Positions 18,588 through 29,429 of a stretch of DNA of 64,000 bases are shown here, piece by piece (position 1 is the first letter of the stretch; each line of letters opens with the position of its first letter). Under the pieces are notes generated by a model that had not been told where the DNA came from, did not search any database, and saw nothing but the letters and a program-made list of their open reading frames with translations. The DNA comes from Candidatus Hodarchaeota archaeon (GTDB taxonomy: Archaea; Asgardarchaeota; Lokiarchaeia; Sigyniarchaeales; SOKP01): positions 96,001-160,000 of the forward strand of contig JBHLKM010000007.1 in the NCBI GenBank assembly GCA_048886685.1. The letters run 5' to 3'. Made by a program: the position numbers and the translations under genes.

Positions 18588-20672
18588 TTATTTAAAATTA
18601 TTTTTCATTAGGTTGTTCAACTGATTTTTTAATCCTTTTATATTTTGTAATCGGGTATAGAGTCTTTTTATTTTAGATAAAACAGAATCTAATTCATCTA
18701 ATGAAAAGATTTTATAATTTTTAATATAGAATCGAGGAATTAAAAATTTGTATGGAACTTTATACGGTTCTATTTTTAAATCTAATAAATCTCTTAATAA
18801 ATTGTAATCTAAATTAGACTTTAAATAAAACTCATCTAAAAATAATAAATTCACTAAAGAATTGCTCAACCTTTTGAAAAATGTAAGATAACGTACGATC
18901 TCATCATAGCTTTTGTGATTAAATTTCTCGATAATTGGATTTCCTACAATTTTAGGCGCTGTTGAATCAAAATCATATTTTAACTGTGAAAGAAGTTGCA
19001 AAATTTTACCCAGTTGTGATAGAAACGAAGGAAATTTGTTTGGTAATGGTAATCGTTTAATGAAACTCCCATTAAATCGTAAATAACCTCCAGCCATGTG
19101 AAGAGAACTAAATAATGTTTTAAACACTGTATCTAATAAGTTTGAGTTTAATATTGTTAAGAGGCAATAAAGGATCTCAGTATTTACCGAAGGGATTCTT
19201 ATGAAATATAACCCGGTTATATTAGTAAATATCCCGGAATCATAAGAACAAGTTAAATCTTTAGCTATTTCTCTGAAAATTATTTTTTCGTTGTTGAGTT
19301 CTTGCCAAATCGGTTTAAAAGTATGATCGTAATTAAAATATGAAATTCCAATATCTCGTTTGGCTATTTTTATCCTTCTATCAAATTTAATATGATACTT
19401 ACCGATATTTCCTGTCCCGATCAACAAGAGATCCTTATCAGATTGGGATTTTTCGCTGATATTATCAAAAAATTTACTATATTTCAAAAATCCATAGGGA
19501 CGATATATGATTTTTAAATCCCTAAACGTATCCTTAACTAATTTAAATTTATTATACAAATATTCAATTAAATCAATATTACCTGAAATAGGAATAACAT
19601 AAGATGGAAGAATTTTAATTAATTTCTGAGGTAATTTAATTAATTTTGTCCTATTAAAGGTCAGAAGATCGTCGAGATCATCAAATTTTCTTATATTAAT
19701 CTCAAACATATCATCGGGATTACTTTTTTTAAAATATATAATTATTGGATATGTTGCTGCTTTTTGAAAAATAGATAAAGAAGAACTATTATCAATTTCT
19801 CTTAGTTCAATGTTTTCAATTAGGATTTCTCGAATTTTAATTCCATAATCAGCCGATAAAAATTTGTTAGGTAAAATTAAGGAAAGATAACCATTCTCTT
19901 TCAATAATTCAATAGATTTTTCAATAAATACAACGGAGAGATCGAATAATTTATACGCTGACATAAACCTTTCATATAGTTTGCTTTTGTACTCAGTATC
20001 TAGTTTCTTATTTTCAACATAGGGAGGATTTCCTATTATTATATCAAACATTCCAGATTCAAGCTCCAAAAGAAAGTCTAAGTTGAATATATTGAGTTTA
20101 ACATCAATCCTATTGATAAACTTGTCAATTTTTTCTAAGCTTAATCTTTTTATGTTGAAATCAGGAAGACTATGTTTGGTTTCATTACCAGAAATAAGCC
20201 ATGAAATTAAACGTAATTTTGTGATGATATATGCAAATTTTTCAATTTCAATCCCATAAAGGTTTTCTTGTAAAATTTTTCGTTTTATTTCATAATCGTC
20301 TAATCCAGAATCTAGAATTTTATAAAATTGATAAAGATTTTTAGCAGAAGAAATTATAAACCTTCCAGATCCACAAGCAGGATCCAAAATTTTAATATTT
20401 TCGAGCTTTTTGAGAAATTTTTTTTTAAGATAATGGTTTTCAGATAAATCCTGTAACATAAATTCAAAAGAGGAATTATTTTCAGAGGTTTTTGCATTTT
20501 TAAAGAAGTCTTCAAAATATAATTTGAATACATTTGAAAAAATATAATCAACAATAAACTCTGGAGTATATATTACTCCTAAACTCCTATCATTAATTTT
20601 ACTATTAGCTTTTTTGTTCTCAAAGTCTTTAATAATATTATTCAGATACGTCAAAAAATCGTGAGTCGACAA
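18588..20672 (-). CDS. N6-adenine DNA methyltransferase, Eco57I/TaqI-like (gamma class)
   Basis: GVIYTP, motif I ILDPACGSG.F, motif IV IIGNPPY, TaqI-like target-recognition region. Confidence 0.9.
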   Translation of the reverse strand: MSTHDFLTYLNNIIKDFENKKANSKINDRSLGVIYTPEFIVDYIFSNVFKLYFEDFFKNAKTSENNSSFEFMLQDLSENHYLKKKFLKKLENIKILDPACGSGRFIISSAKNLYQFYKILDSGLDDYEIKRKILQENLYGIEIEKFAYIITKLRLISWLISGNETKHSLPDFNIKRLSLEKIDKFINRIDVKLNIFNLDFLLELESGMFDIIIGNPPYVENKKLDTEYKSKLYERFMSAYKLFDLSVVFIEKSIELLKENGYLSLILPNKFLSADYGIKIREILIENIELREIDNSSSLSIFQKAATYPIIIYFKKSNPDDMFEINIRKFDDLDDLLTFNRTKLIKLPQKLIKILPSYVIPISGNIDLIEYLYNKFKLVKDTFRDLKIIYRPYGFLKYSKFFDNISEKSQSDKDLLLIGTGNIGKYHIKFDRRIKIAKRDIGISYFNYDHTFKPIWQELNNEKIIFREIAKDLTCSYDSGIFTNITGLYFIRIPSVNTEILYCLLTILNSNLLDTVFKTLFSSLHMAGGYLRFNGSFIKRLPLPNKFPSFLSQLGKILQLLSQLKYDFDSTAPKIVGNPIIEKFNHKSYDEIVRYLTFFKRLSNSLVNLLFLDEFYLKSNLDYNLLRDLLDLKIEPYKVPYKFLIPRFYIKNYKIFSLDELDSVLSKIKRLYTRLQNIKGLKNQLNNLMKNNFK

Positions 20673-20826
20673 CTTATCTATTGAAAGTAAACAATTTTTA
20701 GAATTTTCTGTTATTTTTGTTTTTAAATTAGATTTCCTTATTAATAAAAATTATAGAAATAATATTAAAAATAGGAAAATAATAAATAGAGAAAATTTCT
20801 TATAAAATTCCTTAAAGAGGATAGCT

Positions 20827-21726
20827 ATGATTGAATTAGCATTTCTAAAAGATTTGATTAAGAATCCATTATTATTATCTGGCTTAAGATTTGATGATAT
20901 TTCGAAAATTCTACAAATAGCTAAAGATATTTTTGAAAAAGAAAATCTCCTGTTAGAGTTCAATTTGACAGATAAAGAGAAGGAGATTTATATTATTGGG
21001 GATATCCATGGAAATTTAGACACATTATTGAAACTAATTGAAATCATAAATGAAAATAAGCCAGAAATAGTTATCTTCTTAGGAGATATTGTTGATCGTG
21101 GCCCAAAACAGTTAGAATGTTTATTGATTATACTAGCCTTAAAGATTCTTGATTCTCAAAAATACTTTCTATTAAAAGGAAACCATGAAACCTTAGAAAT
21201 GAACCAATATTACGGATTTTTTCAAGATTTTATTTATAGATTTAAAAATCCTGACAATTTTAGCGAGATATTAAAATTATATAATGTACTTCCTGTATGT
21301 GCCGTCATTAATAATATTATTTTATGTCTCCATGGTGGGATTCCCCAAGATAATGATATTCTCAAAAAATTAAGAGGTATTAAAACAAGAGAAATAGAAT
21401 CAATATTAAAATCAATCTCCTATGGTATATTTCAGATAATTTGGAATGACCCTAAAGCAGGTTTAAAAGGTTTTACAGATAGTTTTAGAGGTTCTGGTAT
21501 TAAATTTTTTGGAGAAGATGTTTTTGATAATTTTATGAAGGAAAATAACCTCAAATTACTTATTAGAGCACATGAATGCTTTCCAGAAGGATATAGGTGG
21601 TTCTTTAACAATCATTTGTTATCGATATTCTCAAGTGCTAATTATCGAGGTATATACTCTCAAAACCCAGCTTCGTATGCGATAATTAAGGATGACAAAA
21701 TCATCCCAAAACTATTAGAGTTATAA
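20827..21726 (+). CDS. PPP-family serine/threonine protein phosphatase
   Basis: GDIHG, GDIVDRG, KGNHE, HGGI, WNDP, IRAHE, IFSSANY. Confidence 0.93.
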   Translation: MIELAFLKDLIKNPLLLSGLRFDDISKILQIAKDIFEKENLLLEFNLTDKEKEIYIIGDIHGNLDTLLKLIEIINENKPEIVIFLGDIVDRGPKQLECLLIILALKILDSQKYFLLKGNHETLEMNQYYGFFQDFIYRFKNPDNFSEILKLYNVLPVCAVINNIILCLHGGIPQDNDILKKLRGIKTREIESILKSISYGIFQIIWNDPKAGLKGFTDSFRGSGIKFFGEDVFDNFMKENNLKLLIRAHECFPEGYRWFFNNHLLSIFSSANYRGIYSQNPASYAIIKDDKIIPKLLEL

Positions 21727-21803
21727 TCCTATTATAAATCTACGGTTTTGTGAGATATAAATAGGATTTAATCGTGAAGAATATGAGATCTTTTGCCCCT
21801 AAA

Positions 21804-22067
21804 TTATGTAATTTGAGAGGCGTCTGGTTTTATGAAGAGAAGGTTATTCCCACGAATGAATATCTCATTGTATTTTGCAACAGGCGTTCCTTCTAGAAGT
21901 TCCGTAGCATCTTCTAATATCATGTTCATGTAAGCATCGATTTCTTTTAATAATCCTTTATATTCTGTACCATCTTTTAATCTAAGTAAAATAATGCTGT
22001 TTTGTGCGGCCTGTAATATGGAGAGAGGATTTTTTGACCTCTGCTGATTGTTATTCCTATAAGACAT
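21804..22067 (-). CDS. Sm-like (Lsm/SmAP) RNA-binding protein
   Basis: Sm1 LKDGTEYKGLL..IDAYMNMIL, Sm2 IFIRGNNLLFI. Confidence 0.95.
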   Translation of the reverse strand: MSYRNNNQQRSKNPLSILQAAQNSIILLRLKDGTEYKGLLKEIDAYMNMILEDATELLEGTPVAKYNEIFIRGNNLLFIKPDASQIT

Positions 22068-22184
22068 ATTAAAACCTTATTTTAATAAAATTATAATTAT
22101 ATTTATTGAAAAGATAATTTAAAGATAAATTTTTTTCAATTAAAACCTTTTTATCGATATTAAAAATAGAAAGATTAAAGTTCT

Positions 22185-22793
22185 TTGGTTTTATTATTGA
22201 AAAGACATTTTAAGGCTCTGAGTAAGAAGAAAAAGGTTATTGAAAATTATAACTTAACATCACATTTTTACGATAAAAGATATAAGAAAATCCAAGGAAA
22301 AAAATATGGGATAATTCTAAATAATTATCAATTAAAAGAGAAAAGAGTTTTAGATGTGGGATGTGGTACAGGACTTTTGATTGAATTTATTTTGAATAAT
22401 GAGATTTACAACTCGGATTTAAGTTGTAATTTTGTAGCAATAGATATTTCATGGAATATGCTGCGAGAATTTAGGTCAAAACTATTGAAGATAAAAAGTA
22501 AAGCTAATATCTCCTTGATGTTATCAGATATAGAAAATTTACCGTTTCGAGATAGTACTTTTAATCTAATTTTTTCATTCACGTCTTTTCAAAATCTAAA
22601 TGAAATTCGGGAAGGAATTCAAGAATTATTTAGAGTGGCTTCGATTAACAGTGATTTAAAATTCTCAATCTTAAAAAAGAAACTTCAATTAGATGCTTTA
22701 GTTGATTTTTTAAAACTTAACATTAAAAATCTTGAGATAATTAACGAGGATTATTTAGAAGATTTTATAATACAAGGAAAAATATTCAAATAA
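22185..22793 (+). CDS. Class I SAM-dependent methyltransferase
   Basis: VLDVGCGTG, IDISWNML, DIENLPFRDSTF. Confidence 0.88.
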   Translation: MVLLLKRHFKALSKKKKVIENYNLTSHFYDKRYKKIQGKKYGIILNNYQLKEKRVLDVGCGTGLLIEFILNNEIYNSDLSCNFVAIDISWNMLREFRSKLLKIKSKANISLMLSDIENLPFRDSTFNLIFSFTSFQNLNEIREGIQELFRVASINSDLKFSILKKKLQLDALVDFLKLNIKNLEIINEDYLEDFIIQGKIFK

Positions 22794-22816
22794 TTATTTT
22801 AGTTGCATTTATATCT

Positions 22817-23692
22817 TTACGTATAAAAGCTAGTTATAATTTCATCCACATTAGTCTCAATATTAAATTTCTTTTTAAAATAATTACAAATATTAGTGAT
22901 ATCTCTTTCTAAAAGTGTATTTGCATTGGGATGATCACTTGGTATCCATTGTAACCAATCAATAATTAAAATTTTTCCTCTCTCACTCACAACAATGTTA
23001 AATTCACCTAAATCTCCATGAATCATATGTGCCTTTTGATAAATTATTTTCATTTGCTTAATAATGCGTTTAAAAATCTTTAATGGATTTTTAATTTGTT
23101 TATAATAAATCAACTCCTTTCCCCTTAAATAAGACATAACAATGATATGACGGTTATATGCAATTGGTTTGGGCGTATTTAACTTTAATTTAAACATTTT
23201 AGTCAATGCCTCAAATTCCTTTTTAGCAGCAAGTCGATTTATATAAAGCCATGATAGATGGCCTCGCTCACCTATGATATCCCTGTACATTTTAATATTT
23301 CTAAAGCTTGCGCGCCCCATACGATAAAATTTTAAGGCAAAGATTTTTTCATTGTCATCCATACAACTATATACATCTGATTCTTTTCCTTTTCCGATTA
23401 AAGGTCCAAGTTGGCTTATTATATTTTTTTCCACTAATGTATGTAAAGCAAGCAAATCATATGCTTTTGAATTAAGGGTATAGGCAATTTCATATTGTGA
23501 AGCATTTCTTATTATTAAATCAAGTTTATGAACTTTATTCAAACGGAAGAGAGTTTCTTCCATTTTATATCTTGAATAAAATTTTATATTATTGATTGTG
23601 ACATATTCAGATCTCTTCATTCCAATCTCTATTGCCATGAGGATTCGAAAATCCTCTTTTTCCAAACTCTTGAGAAGATTTGCGGCTTCCAC
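22817..23692 (-). CDS. rio2: RIO2 atypical protein kinase
   Basis: N-terminal wHTH (DFRILMAIEIGM), IGKGKESDVY, IHGDLGEFNI, IDWLQ. Confidence 0.93.
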   Translation of the reverse strand: MEAANLLKSLEKEDFRILMAIEIGMKRSEYVTINNIKFYSRYKMEETLFRLNKVHKLDLIIRNASQYEIAYTLNSKAYDLLALHTLVEKNIISQLGPLIGKGKESDVYSCMDDNEKIFALKFYRMGRASFRNIKMYRDIIGERGHLSWLYINRLAAKKEFEALTKMFKLKLNTPKPIAYNRHIIVMSYLRGKELIYYKQIKNPLKIFKRIIKQMKIIYQKAHMIHGDLGEFNIVVSERGKILIIDWLQWIPSDHPNANTLLERDITNICNYFKKKFNIETNVDEIITSFYT

Positions 23693-23932
23693 ATTAATTC
23701 AGCTAAAAATTAAATTTTCGGGATGTGTTCAGAAATGGTATTAATTTATTTATTTTGTGATTAAAGCTGTTGTTTCTCTTTTATCCATTTAGATTTAGAA
23801 TCGTCAAAATTGTATGTTCTTAGCACAAGATATTTAACTAAAATTAGTTTTTAATTTTTTCCATAACAAAGTAATAAGAAAAAACAAGTAAAAATTAGGA
23901 AATTCTCAATTGATTCTTTTAGGCTTAAAAAC

Positions 23933-24832
23933 TTAGCGACTTTCAAGTCTACTCTTTATTTCGTTCCACATATTTGTAATATATTTCTGATAAATTTTAA
24001 CAGTCGCATCATCGATTGATTTAAATCTATTTTGAGCTTTCAAATATTCTGTTATTGGTTTTCTTTTTGATGAGTCTAAATATCTTTTGCTTGTATTTGA
24101 TAATTCGAATTTCCCATCAAGAACTTCATAAAGAGGCCAAAAACCCGTTTCATTTGCTAACCTGCCAATCAACATTGTATCTTTAGGATCATAACCCCAA
24201 CCAGGAGGACAGGGTGATAATATATGAATATATTTTGAGCCTTTAATATCCTTCGCTCGTTTAAATTTTTCATATAAATCAAGGGGGTAAGCGGCGTTTG
24301 CAGTAGCAACGTACGGAATCCCGTGAGCTTCTAAAATTTTAGGCATATTTTTTTTATGAACTAATTTGCCTTCTGGAGTTGTTGTTGTCTGAACACCAAA
24401 TGGTGTTGAACCACTTCTTTGAACTCCTGTATTCATATAAGCTTCATTATCATAGCATGCATAAATAAAATTTGTACCTCTTTCTGCTGCCCCGCTTAGA
24501 GCCTGTACTCCAATGTCTGTTGTTCCACCATCTCCTGCAAAAGCAAGAACAGTTATTTCATCCGCTAAACCTTTATCTTCCAATGATGCCAAGATCCCAG
24601 ATGCCGATGCACCTGTAGTGGCAAATGGAGTATGGTAAACAGAAACTTTTGTTGTACAAAAACCTTGCATTCCATGGAGAACGGTTAAGCAAGAAGCAGG
24701 AACTGTTATAATGGTGTTAGGACCGAGAGCTTTTAATGCGATCCTATATATTAATGCCATGGCACATCCGGCACACGCTCGTGTACCTGGAAATATATAT
24801 TCTTCTTCAGGAATATCCATTACATTTACCAT
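23933..24832 (-). CDS. porB: Pyruvate/2-ketoisovalerate:ferredoxin oxidoreductase beta subunit
   Basis: CAGC, TPP motif GDGG...YDNEAYMNTGVQRS, SPCPPGW. Confidence 0.93.
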   Translation of the reverse strand: MVNVMDIPEEEYIFPGTRACAGCAMALIYRIALKALGPNTIITVPASCLTVLHGMQGFCTTKVSVYHTPFATTGASASGILASLEDKGLADEITVLAFAGDGGTTDIGVQALSGAAERGTNFIYACYDNEAYMNTGVQRSGSTPFGVQTTTTPEGKLVHKKNMPKILEAHGIPYVATANAAYPLDLYEKFKRAKDIKGSKYIHILSPCPPGWGYDPKDTMLIGRLANETGFWPLYEVLDGKFELSNTSKRYLDSSKRKPITEYLKAQNRFKSIDDATVKIYQKYITNMWNEIKSRLESR

Positions 24833-24838
24833 TGTCTA

Positions 24839-26131
24839 TCATCCTCCTTTAAAATAAGTTTCTTCATCATAATCATCCAATTCTTCTAGTCTCAATCCTA
24901 AGAAGTCAGTTTTATTGGTAAAAATATCTTTTCTAAAATCATCCAAAGCTTTATAGATACCTGTTATTATGTGTTCTGTTTTAACATCTCTTCCCCCTAA
25001 TCCAACAATGAAGCCTTTGATATTTGGTCGATTTTTTAATCCATAAAGAGCTGCTTTTAATTCATATGATAGGATACCTTCATATCCATACCCAATATCC
25101 CTATCAAATACTACAATATTTTCCTTATCTCTGAAAAATTCCCTTAATTCCTCGGCAGGAAATGGTCGAAATAACTTCAGACTTAATAAACCGACTTTTA
25201 GACCTTCTGCTCTAAGTTTCTGAATAGCAACTCTAGATTGTGAAGCTACTGATCCCATTCCAAAGATTATAGTCTCTGCGTCATCGGTTCGAATTGCTTT
25301 ATATATACCATTTCCATAAGATCTTCCAAATTTCTTAGAAAAATTATTATGAACTTCCCTTATGATATTAATTGAATTTTCTAATGCTTTCTGTAATGAA
25401 TATCGATATTCATAATATCCCGGAGCGACACCCTCATCTCGCTTAACTACTTGAGGTGTTGTTACTGGATCAACTCCTTTAACAGTAGAAACATCAGACA
25501 AATTAATATGGTGATTGAGAGGTGGTAAAAACTCATCAATTTCTTTTTGAAGTTCTAATTTTACTGGCATTGCTGTGTGTGAAAGCACATAACCATCGAA
25601 AGCACAAGCTACAGGTAGGAAAACCCTTGGATCTTCTGCAATTTTAAATGCTTGAAGGTTAGTATCATAGATTTCTTGATTATTCTCACAAAATAATTGA
25701 ATCCATCCAACATCTCTGATTGTTACAAAATCTTGATGGTCTGTCCAAACTGACCATGGTGCCCCTAAGCTCCTAGTGGCTAAATTAAGAACTATTGGTA
25801 GTCTATTCCCTGAAGCCCAGGGTAGCATTTCATACATTAATTCTAAACCATGAGCAGAGGTTGCTGTACCTACTCTTGAGCCCGTAGCAGAAGCAGCACA
25901 TAAAACAGCCATCGCACTATGTTCAGATTCAACTTTAACAAATCTTGCCTTTAGTTTACCCTCAGCTATAAAATCAGCTATTTTTTCTACTACCGGGCTT
26001 TGAGGTGTAATAGGATATGCAGATATAACCCCCACTCTTGCTTGTCTAAAGGCATGTGCAGCAGCATGATTCCCTGTTAAAATCATGATATTTTCATTTA
26101 TTAATGATTCTTCTTTTTCAGTAATTGTCAT
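24839..26131 (-). CDS. porA: Pyruvate/2-ketoisovalerate:ferredoxin oxidoreductase alpha subunit
   Basis: AYPITPQS, VESEHSAM, TATSAHGL, RPFP, GLGGRD. Confidence 0.93.
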   Translation of the reverse strand: MTITEKEESLINENIMILTGNHAAAHAFRQARVGVISAYPITPQSPVVEKIADFIAEGKLKARFVKVESEHSAMAVLCAASATGSRVGTATSAHGLELMYEMLPWASGNRLPIVLNLATRSLGAPWSVWTDHQDFVTIRDVGWIQLFCENNQEIYDTNLQAFKIAEDPRVFLPVACAFDGYVLSHTAMPVKLELQKEIDEFLPPLNHHINLSDVSTVKGVDPVTTPQVVKRDEGVAPGYYEYRYSLQKALENSINIIREVHNNFSKKFGRSYGNGIYKAIRTDDAETIIFGMGSVASQSRVAIQKLRAEGLKVGLLSLKLFRPFPAEELREFFRDKENIVVFDRDIGYGYEGILSYELKAALYGLKNRPNIKGFIVGLGGRDVKTEHIITGIYKALDDFRKDIFTNKTDFLGLRLEELDDYDEETYFKGG

Positions 26132-26430
26132 TCAATTTTCACCTCTTCCATTGATATTGCTTTAACAGGGCATTCTTCCATGCAAATACCGCATCCTTTG
26201 CAGTAATTAAAGTCTATTTGAGGTGGAATTGTTTTAGAGACTACGGCTTCTGGGCAATACAACCAGCAATTAAAACAACTGGGTTTTCCAGATTTAACTG
26301 GTATACACTTTTTCAGATCAATTATTGGCTTTTTGGAACTCCATGTTCCTGTTTGACCTGCTTCTCCAATAACTGGTTTCTGAACTGAACCTAATATTTT
26401 TTGATATTTTTTTTTCGAGTCTGTCATCAA
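26128..26430 (-). CDS. porD: 2-oxoacid:ferredoxin oxidoreductase delta subunit (ferredoxin-like)
   Basis: TGTW..KP, CFNCWLYCPE, YCKGCGICMEECP. Confidence 0.9.
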   Translation of the reverse strand: MMTDSKKKYQKILGSVQKPVIGEAGQTGTWSSKKPIIDLKKCIPVKSGKPSCFNCWLYCPEAVVSKTIPPQIDFNYCKGCGICMEECPVKAISMEEVKIE

Positions 26431-26727
26431 TTCATCAGATTCTTGTATAAAATCATTATATACAATTCGTATGTATAAAACGTATCCAAATTTTATAATT
26501 GTTTTTATTTAAAAAAATAAAGATTGTTGTATGACTTTGTTTATTATAAAAAAAATTTAGGTCATGAGAATAATTAGATAATACTGTCTTTTAAATTAAA
26601 AATAAATACTTATTCTTTCATTAGTCTAATATGTAAAAGTTATACCATGTCTTAATATTGGATAACCTGTAGAGGAATGTATTTCGTTTAATTAAGGATT
26701 AAAAAACTAATGGATTAAGGGAGTGGC

Positions 26728-29394
26728 ATGGAAATTTTAAAAGAAAATTATTTAATATTGGCCGATAACGTAAATGATTTAATTTGTATTCTAAATCTGA
26801 ACCTTGAAATTGAATTTATAAATGAAGAAGTCCATTTAAATATATTGGGATTTTCATATGAGGATTTAATCGGCAAGAGCATTAAACAACTCATAGATAA
26901 TAAAGATATTAATAAAATCCAAAAAATTCTTAAAAATTTCGATAAAAACGACGAATTTATACTAAATTTACAATATAATCATAAGGATGGTAATAAAGTT
27001 TGGCTTGAGGTGAAGATTAAATTATTAGAAGATACAGGAATAGGGAAAAAAGTTCTCTTAATTTCGAAGGATATCTCAGATAAAAAGCTAACTGAACTTA
27101 CATTAAAAGGTTCAGAAGAAAAATATCAAAGTATTATCAAAAACATTAAAGAAGGATATTATGAAGTTGATTTGAAAGGCAATTTTATGTATGTTAATGA
27201 TGCTTTATGTAAATTTCTTGGATATTCAAGAGAAGAGTTGTTAAAAGAAAATTATATTATAACGACTGATGAGAAGACGCGTGATTTAGTTTTTAAAACT
27301 TACAATAAGGTATTTAGAACAGAAATTCAACAGAATATATTTCAGTTTCCAGTTATTAGAAAAAATGGAGAAAAAGCGTTTTTTGAAACCTCTGTATATT
27401 TAAAATATAATCCTCGAGGTATAAAAAGAGGTTTTTATGGTATAGTACGAGATATCACTGAAAGGAAGAAAGTGGAAGATTTAGAGGAGAAATTTAAGAT
27501 TGAACTCACTCAAAAAGTTAGATTGAGAACAAAAGAACTAGAAGAATCCCAAGAAAAATACAGTAATCTTTTTCAACATTCAAATGATGCCATTTTTTTA
27601 CATAATTTAGAAGGTAAAATATTAGATGTTAACCAAAAAGTATTAGATCATTTCGGATATACAAAACATGAAGTCCTATCTCTTAATATTGCCCAATTAC
27701 ATCCAGCTAGTGAACTTGTAGAATCAAAAAAAGCTTTCGAAGAAATTGCGAAAAAAGGTTTTGTAATGTTTGAAATTAACTTTAAAAAGAAAAACGGAGA
27801 AATTTTTCCTGCTGAAGTATCCTCAAGTCTTTTTACTATAGGTGGAAAGACCTTCATTCAAGGAGAAGTTCGTGATATTACAATACGGAAGCAATCTGAA
27901 CAAAAACTAAAGGAATCTGAAGAAAAATATCGAAATATGATTAACAATTTAGATTTGGGGTTTTATCAAGTAAATTGGGAAGGTAATTTATTAAATTATA
28001 ATCCTGCATTTAGTCGTTTATTAGGTTTTAAACCTACAGAAGATTTAATAAGGATAAATGTAAAGCAGTTTTGGCAAAATCCGAATGAGCGTGACAGTTA
28101 TTTAAAAAACTTAGTTGAAGATGGATTTGTTAAGAATTATATTGTACATTCACTAAAAAAGAATGGTGAAAAAATTGTTTTACAGCTAAACTCTCATTTA
28201 ATTAAGGATCTTGAGAGTGAACCTGTTAAAATTCAAGGAGTAATATCAGATATTACCAAAAATTTTGAATTGGAGCAAAAAGTAAAGGAATCTGAAAGTA
28301 GATATCGCAATCTCTTTGAATCTGTGCCATTTGCAATAGCTCTTATCGATCTACAAGGTCAAATCAATTATTGTAATCCTGCAGTTGAAAAATTATTGGG
28401 ATATAAAGTAGAAGAATTAATTGGAAATAATTTTAGAACTCTTACAGCAATCGAGCCGAATTATCTACCTATGATGCTTGAACGATTTCAAAAATTATTA
28501 AAAGGTGAAAATTTACCTCCTTTCGATGCAGAACTTTATAAAAAGAATGGTGAATTAGTTTGGATTAATTATCAAACATCTTTAGTCAAATTAGGGGAAA
28601 ATTTCTTAGTTCAAGCAATTCTCCATGACATAACAGACCGAAAAACGGCGGATCTATTAGTACAAGAGGAAATTCAAAAATTGAAAGAGCTTGATCAAAT
28701 TAGAAAAGATTTAATCTCAAGAGTTTCGCATGAATTAAAAACACCACTTGTATCTGTCTGTGGAGCTTCGGAATTACTTTTAGAACTATTTAAAGATGAG
28801 TTTTCGAATGAGAGTAAAGAACTAATAAAGATGATTGAAAAAGGAGGTTCAAGATTGAAATATTTGGTGGATAATCTTCTTGATATCACTCGAATTGAGT
28901 ATAACAAATTTGATTTAATAACAGAATTTACTAATTTAAGCGAACTCATCCAAGACTGTGCGAATGAAATGATGTATTTGATAAAAAGACGTAAATTAGA
29001 TTTAAAACTTGATCTTCCTAATGAATTATTGATAAACATTGATAAAATAAGAATGGAACAAGTAATTCTAAATCTATTATCCAATGCTATTAAAAATACA
29101 CCACCTAATGGGGAAATATTGATAAAATTATATAAGAAAGGAAATTGGGCTGAATTTTTTGTCAATGATACTGGTATTGGTTTGACTCGAGATGAAATGG
29201 ATATAATATTTACCAGATTTGGCAAGATTGAAAGATATGGGGAAGGTTTAGAATTTATTGATATTCAAGGTTCTGGGCTTGGTTTGTATATTTCAAAAGA
29301 AATAATTGATTTGCATAAGGGGCAAATTTGGGCAGAGTCAGCTGGAAGAAATAAAGGAAGTACTTTTCTAATCAAATTACCAATTGTGGAGTAA
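26728..29394 (+). CDS. Soluble multi-PAS (about 5) sensor histidine kinase
   Basis: Repeated PAS/PAC units ending in DIT/DIS; SHELKTPL H-box, NLLSNAIK, DTGIG, GSGLGL; no transmembrane segment. Confidence 0.93.
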   Translation: MEILKENYLILADNVNDLICILNLNLEIEFINEEVHLNILGFSYEDLIGKSIKQLIDNKDINKIQKILKNFDKNDEFILNLQYNHKDGNKVWLEVKIKLLEDTGIGKKVLLISKDISDKKLTELTLKGSEEKYQSIIKNIKEGYYEVDLKGNFMYVNDALCKFLGYSREELLKENYIITTDEKTRDLVFKTYNKVFRTEIQQNIFQFPVIRKNGEKAFFETSVYLKYNPRGIKRGFYGIVRDITERKKVEDLEEKFKIELTQKVRLRTKELEESQEKYSNLFQHSNDAIFLHNLEGKILDVNQKVLDHFGYTKHEVLSLNIAQLHPASELVESKKAFEEIAKKGFVMFEINFKKKNGEIFPAEVSSSLFTIGGKTFIQGEVRDITIRKQSEQKLKESEEKYRNMINNLDLGFYQVNWEGNLLNYNPAFSRLLGFKPTEDLIRINVKQFWQNPNERDSYLKNLVEDGFVKNYIVHSLKKNGEKIVLQLNSHLIKDLESEPVKIQGVISDITKNFELEQKVKESESRYRNLFESVPFAIALIDLQGQINYCNPAVEKLLGYKVEELIGNNFRTLTAIEPNYLPMMLERFQKLLKGENLPPFDAELYKKNGELVWINYQTSLVKLGENFLVQAILHDITDRKTADLLVQEEIQKLKELDQIRKDLISRVSHELKTPLVSVCGASELLLELFKDEFSNESKELIKMIEKGGSRLKYLVDNLLDITRIEYNKFDLITEFTNLSELIQDCANEMMYLIKRRKLDLKLDLPNELLINIDKIRMEQVILNLLSNAIKNTPPNGEILIKLYKKGNWAEFFVNDTGIGLTRDEMDIIFTRFGKIERYGEGLEFIDIQGSGLGLYISKEIIDLHKGQIWAESAGRNKGSTFLIKLPIVE

Positions 29395-29429
29395 GGCTAA
29401 ATCAAATTTATGAAATATGTGAGCCTTAA

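Noticed and set aside
26440-26570. Short repeats upstream of porD (TATACA-N7-TGTATA; TGTATAAAA twice; ATGAC...GTCAT)
   Set aside because: Too short to be distinguished from chance in very AT-rich DNA without comparative data
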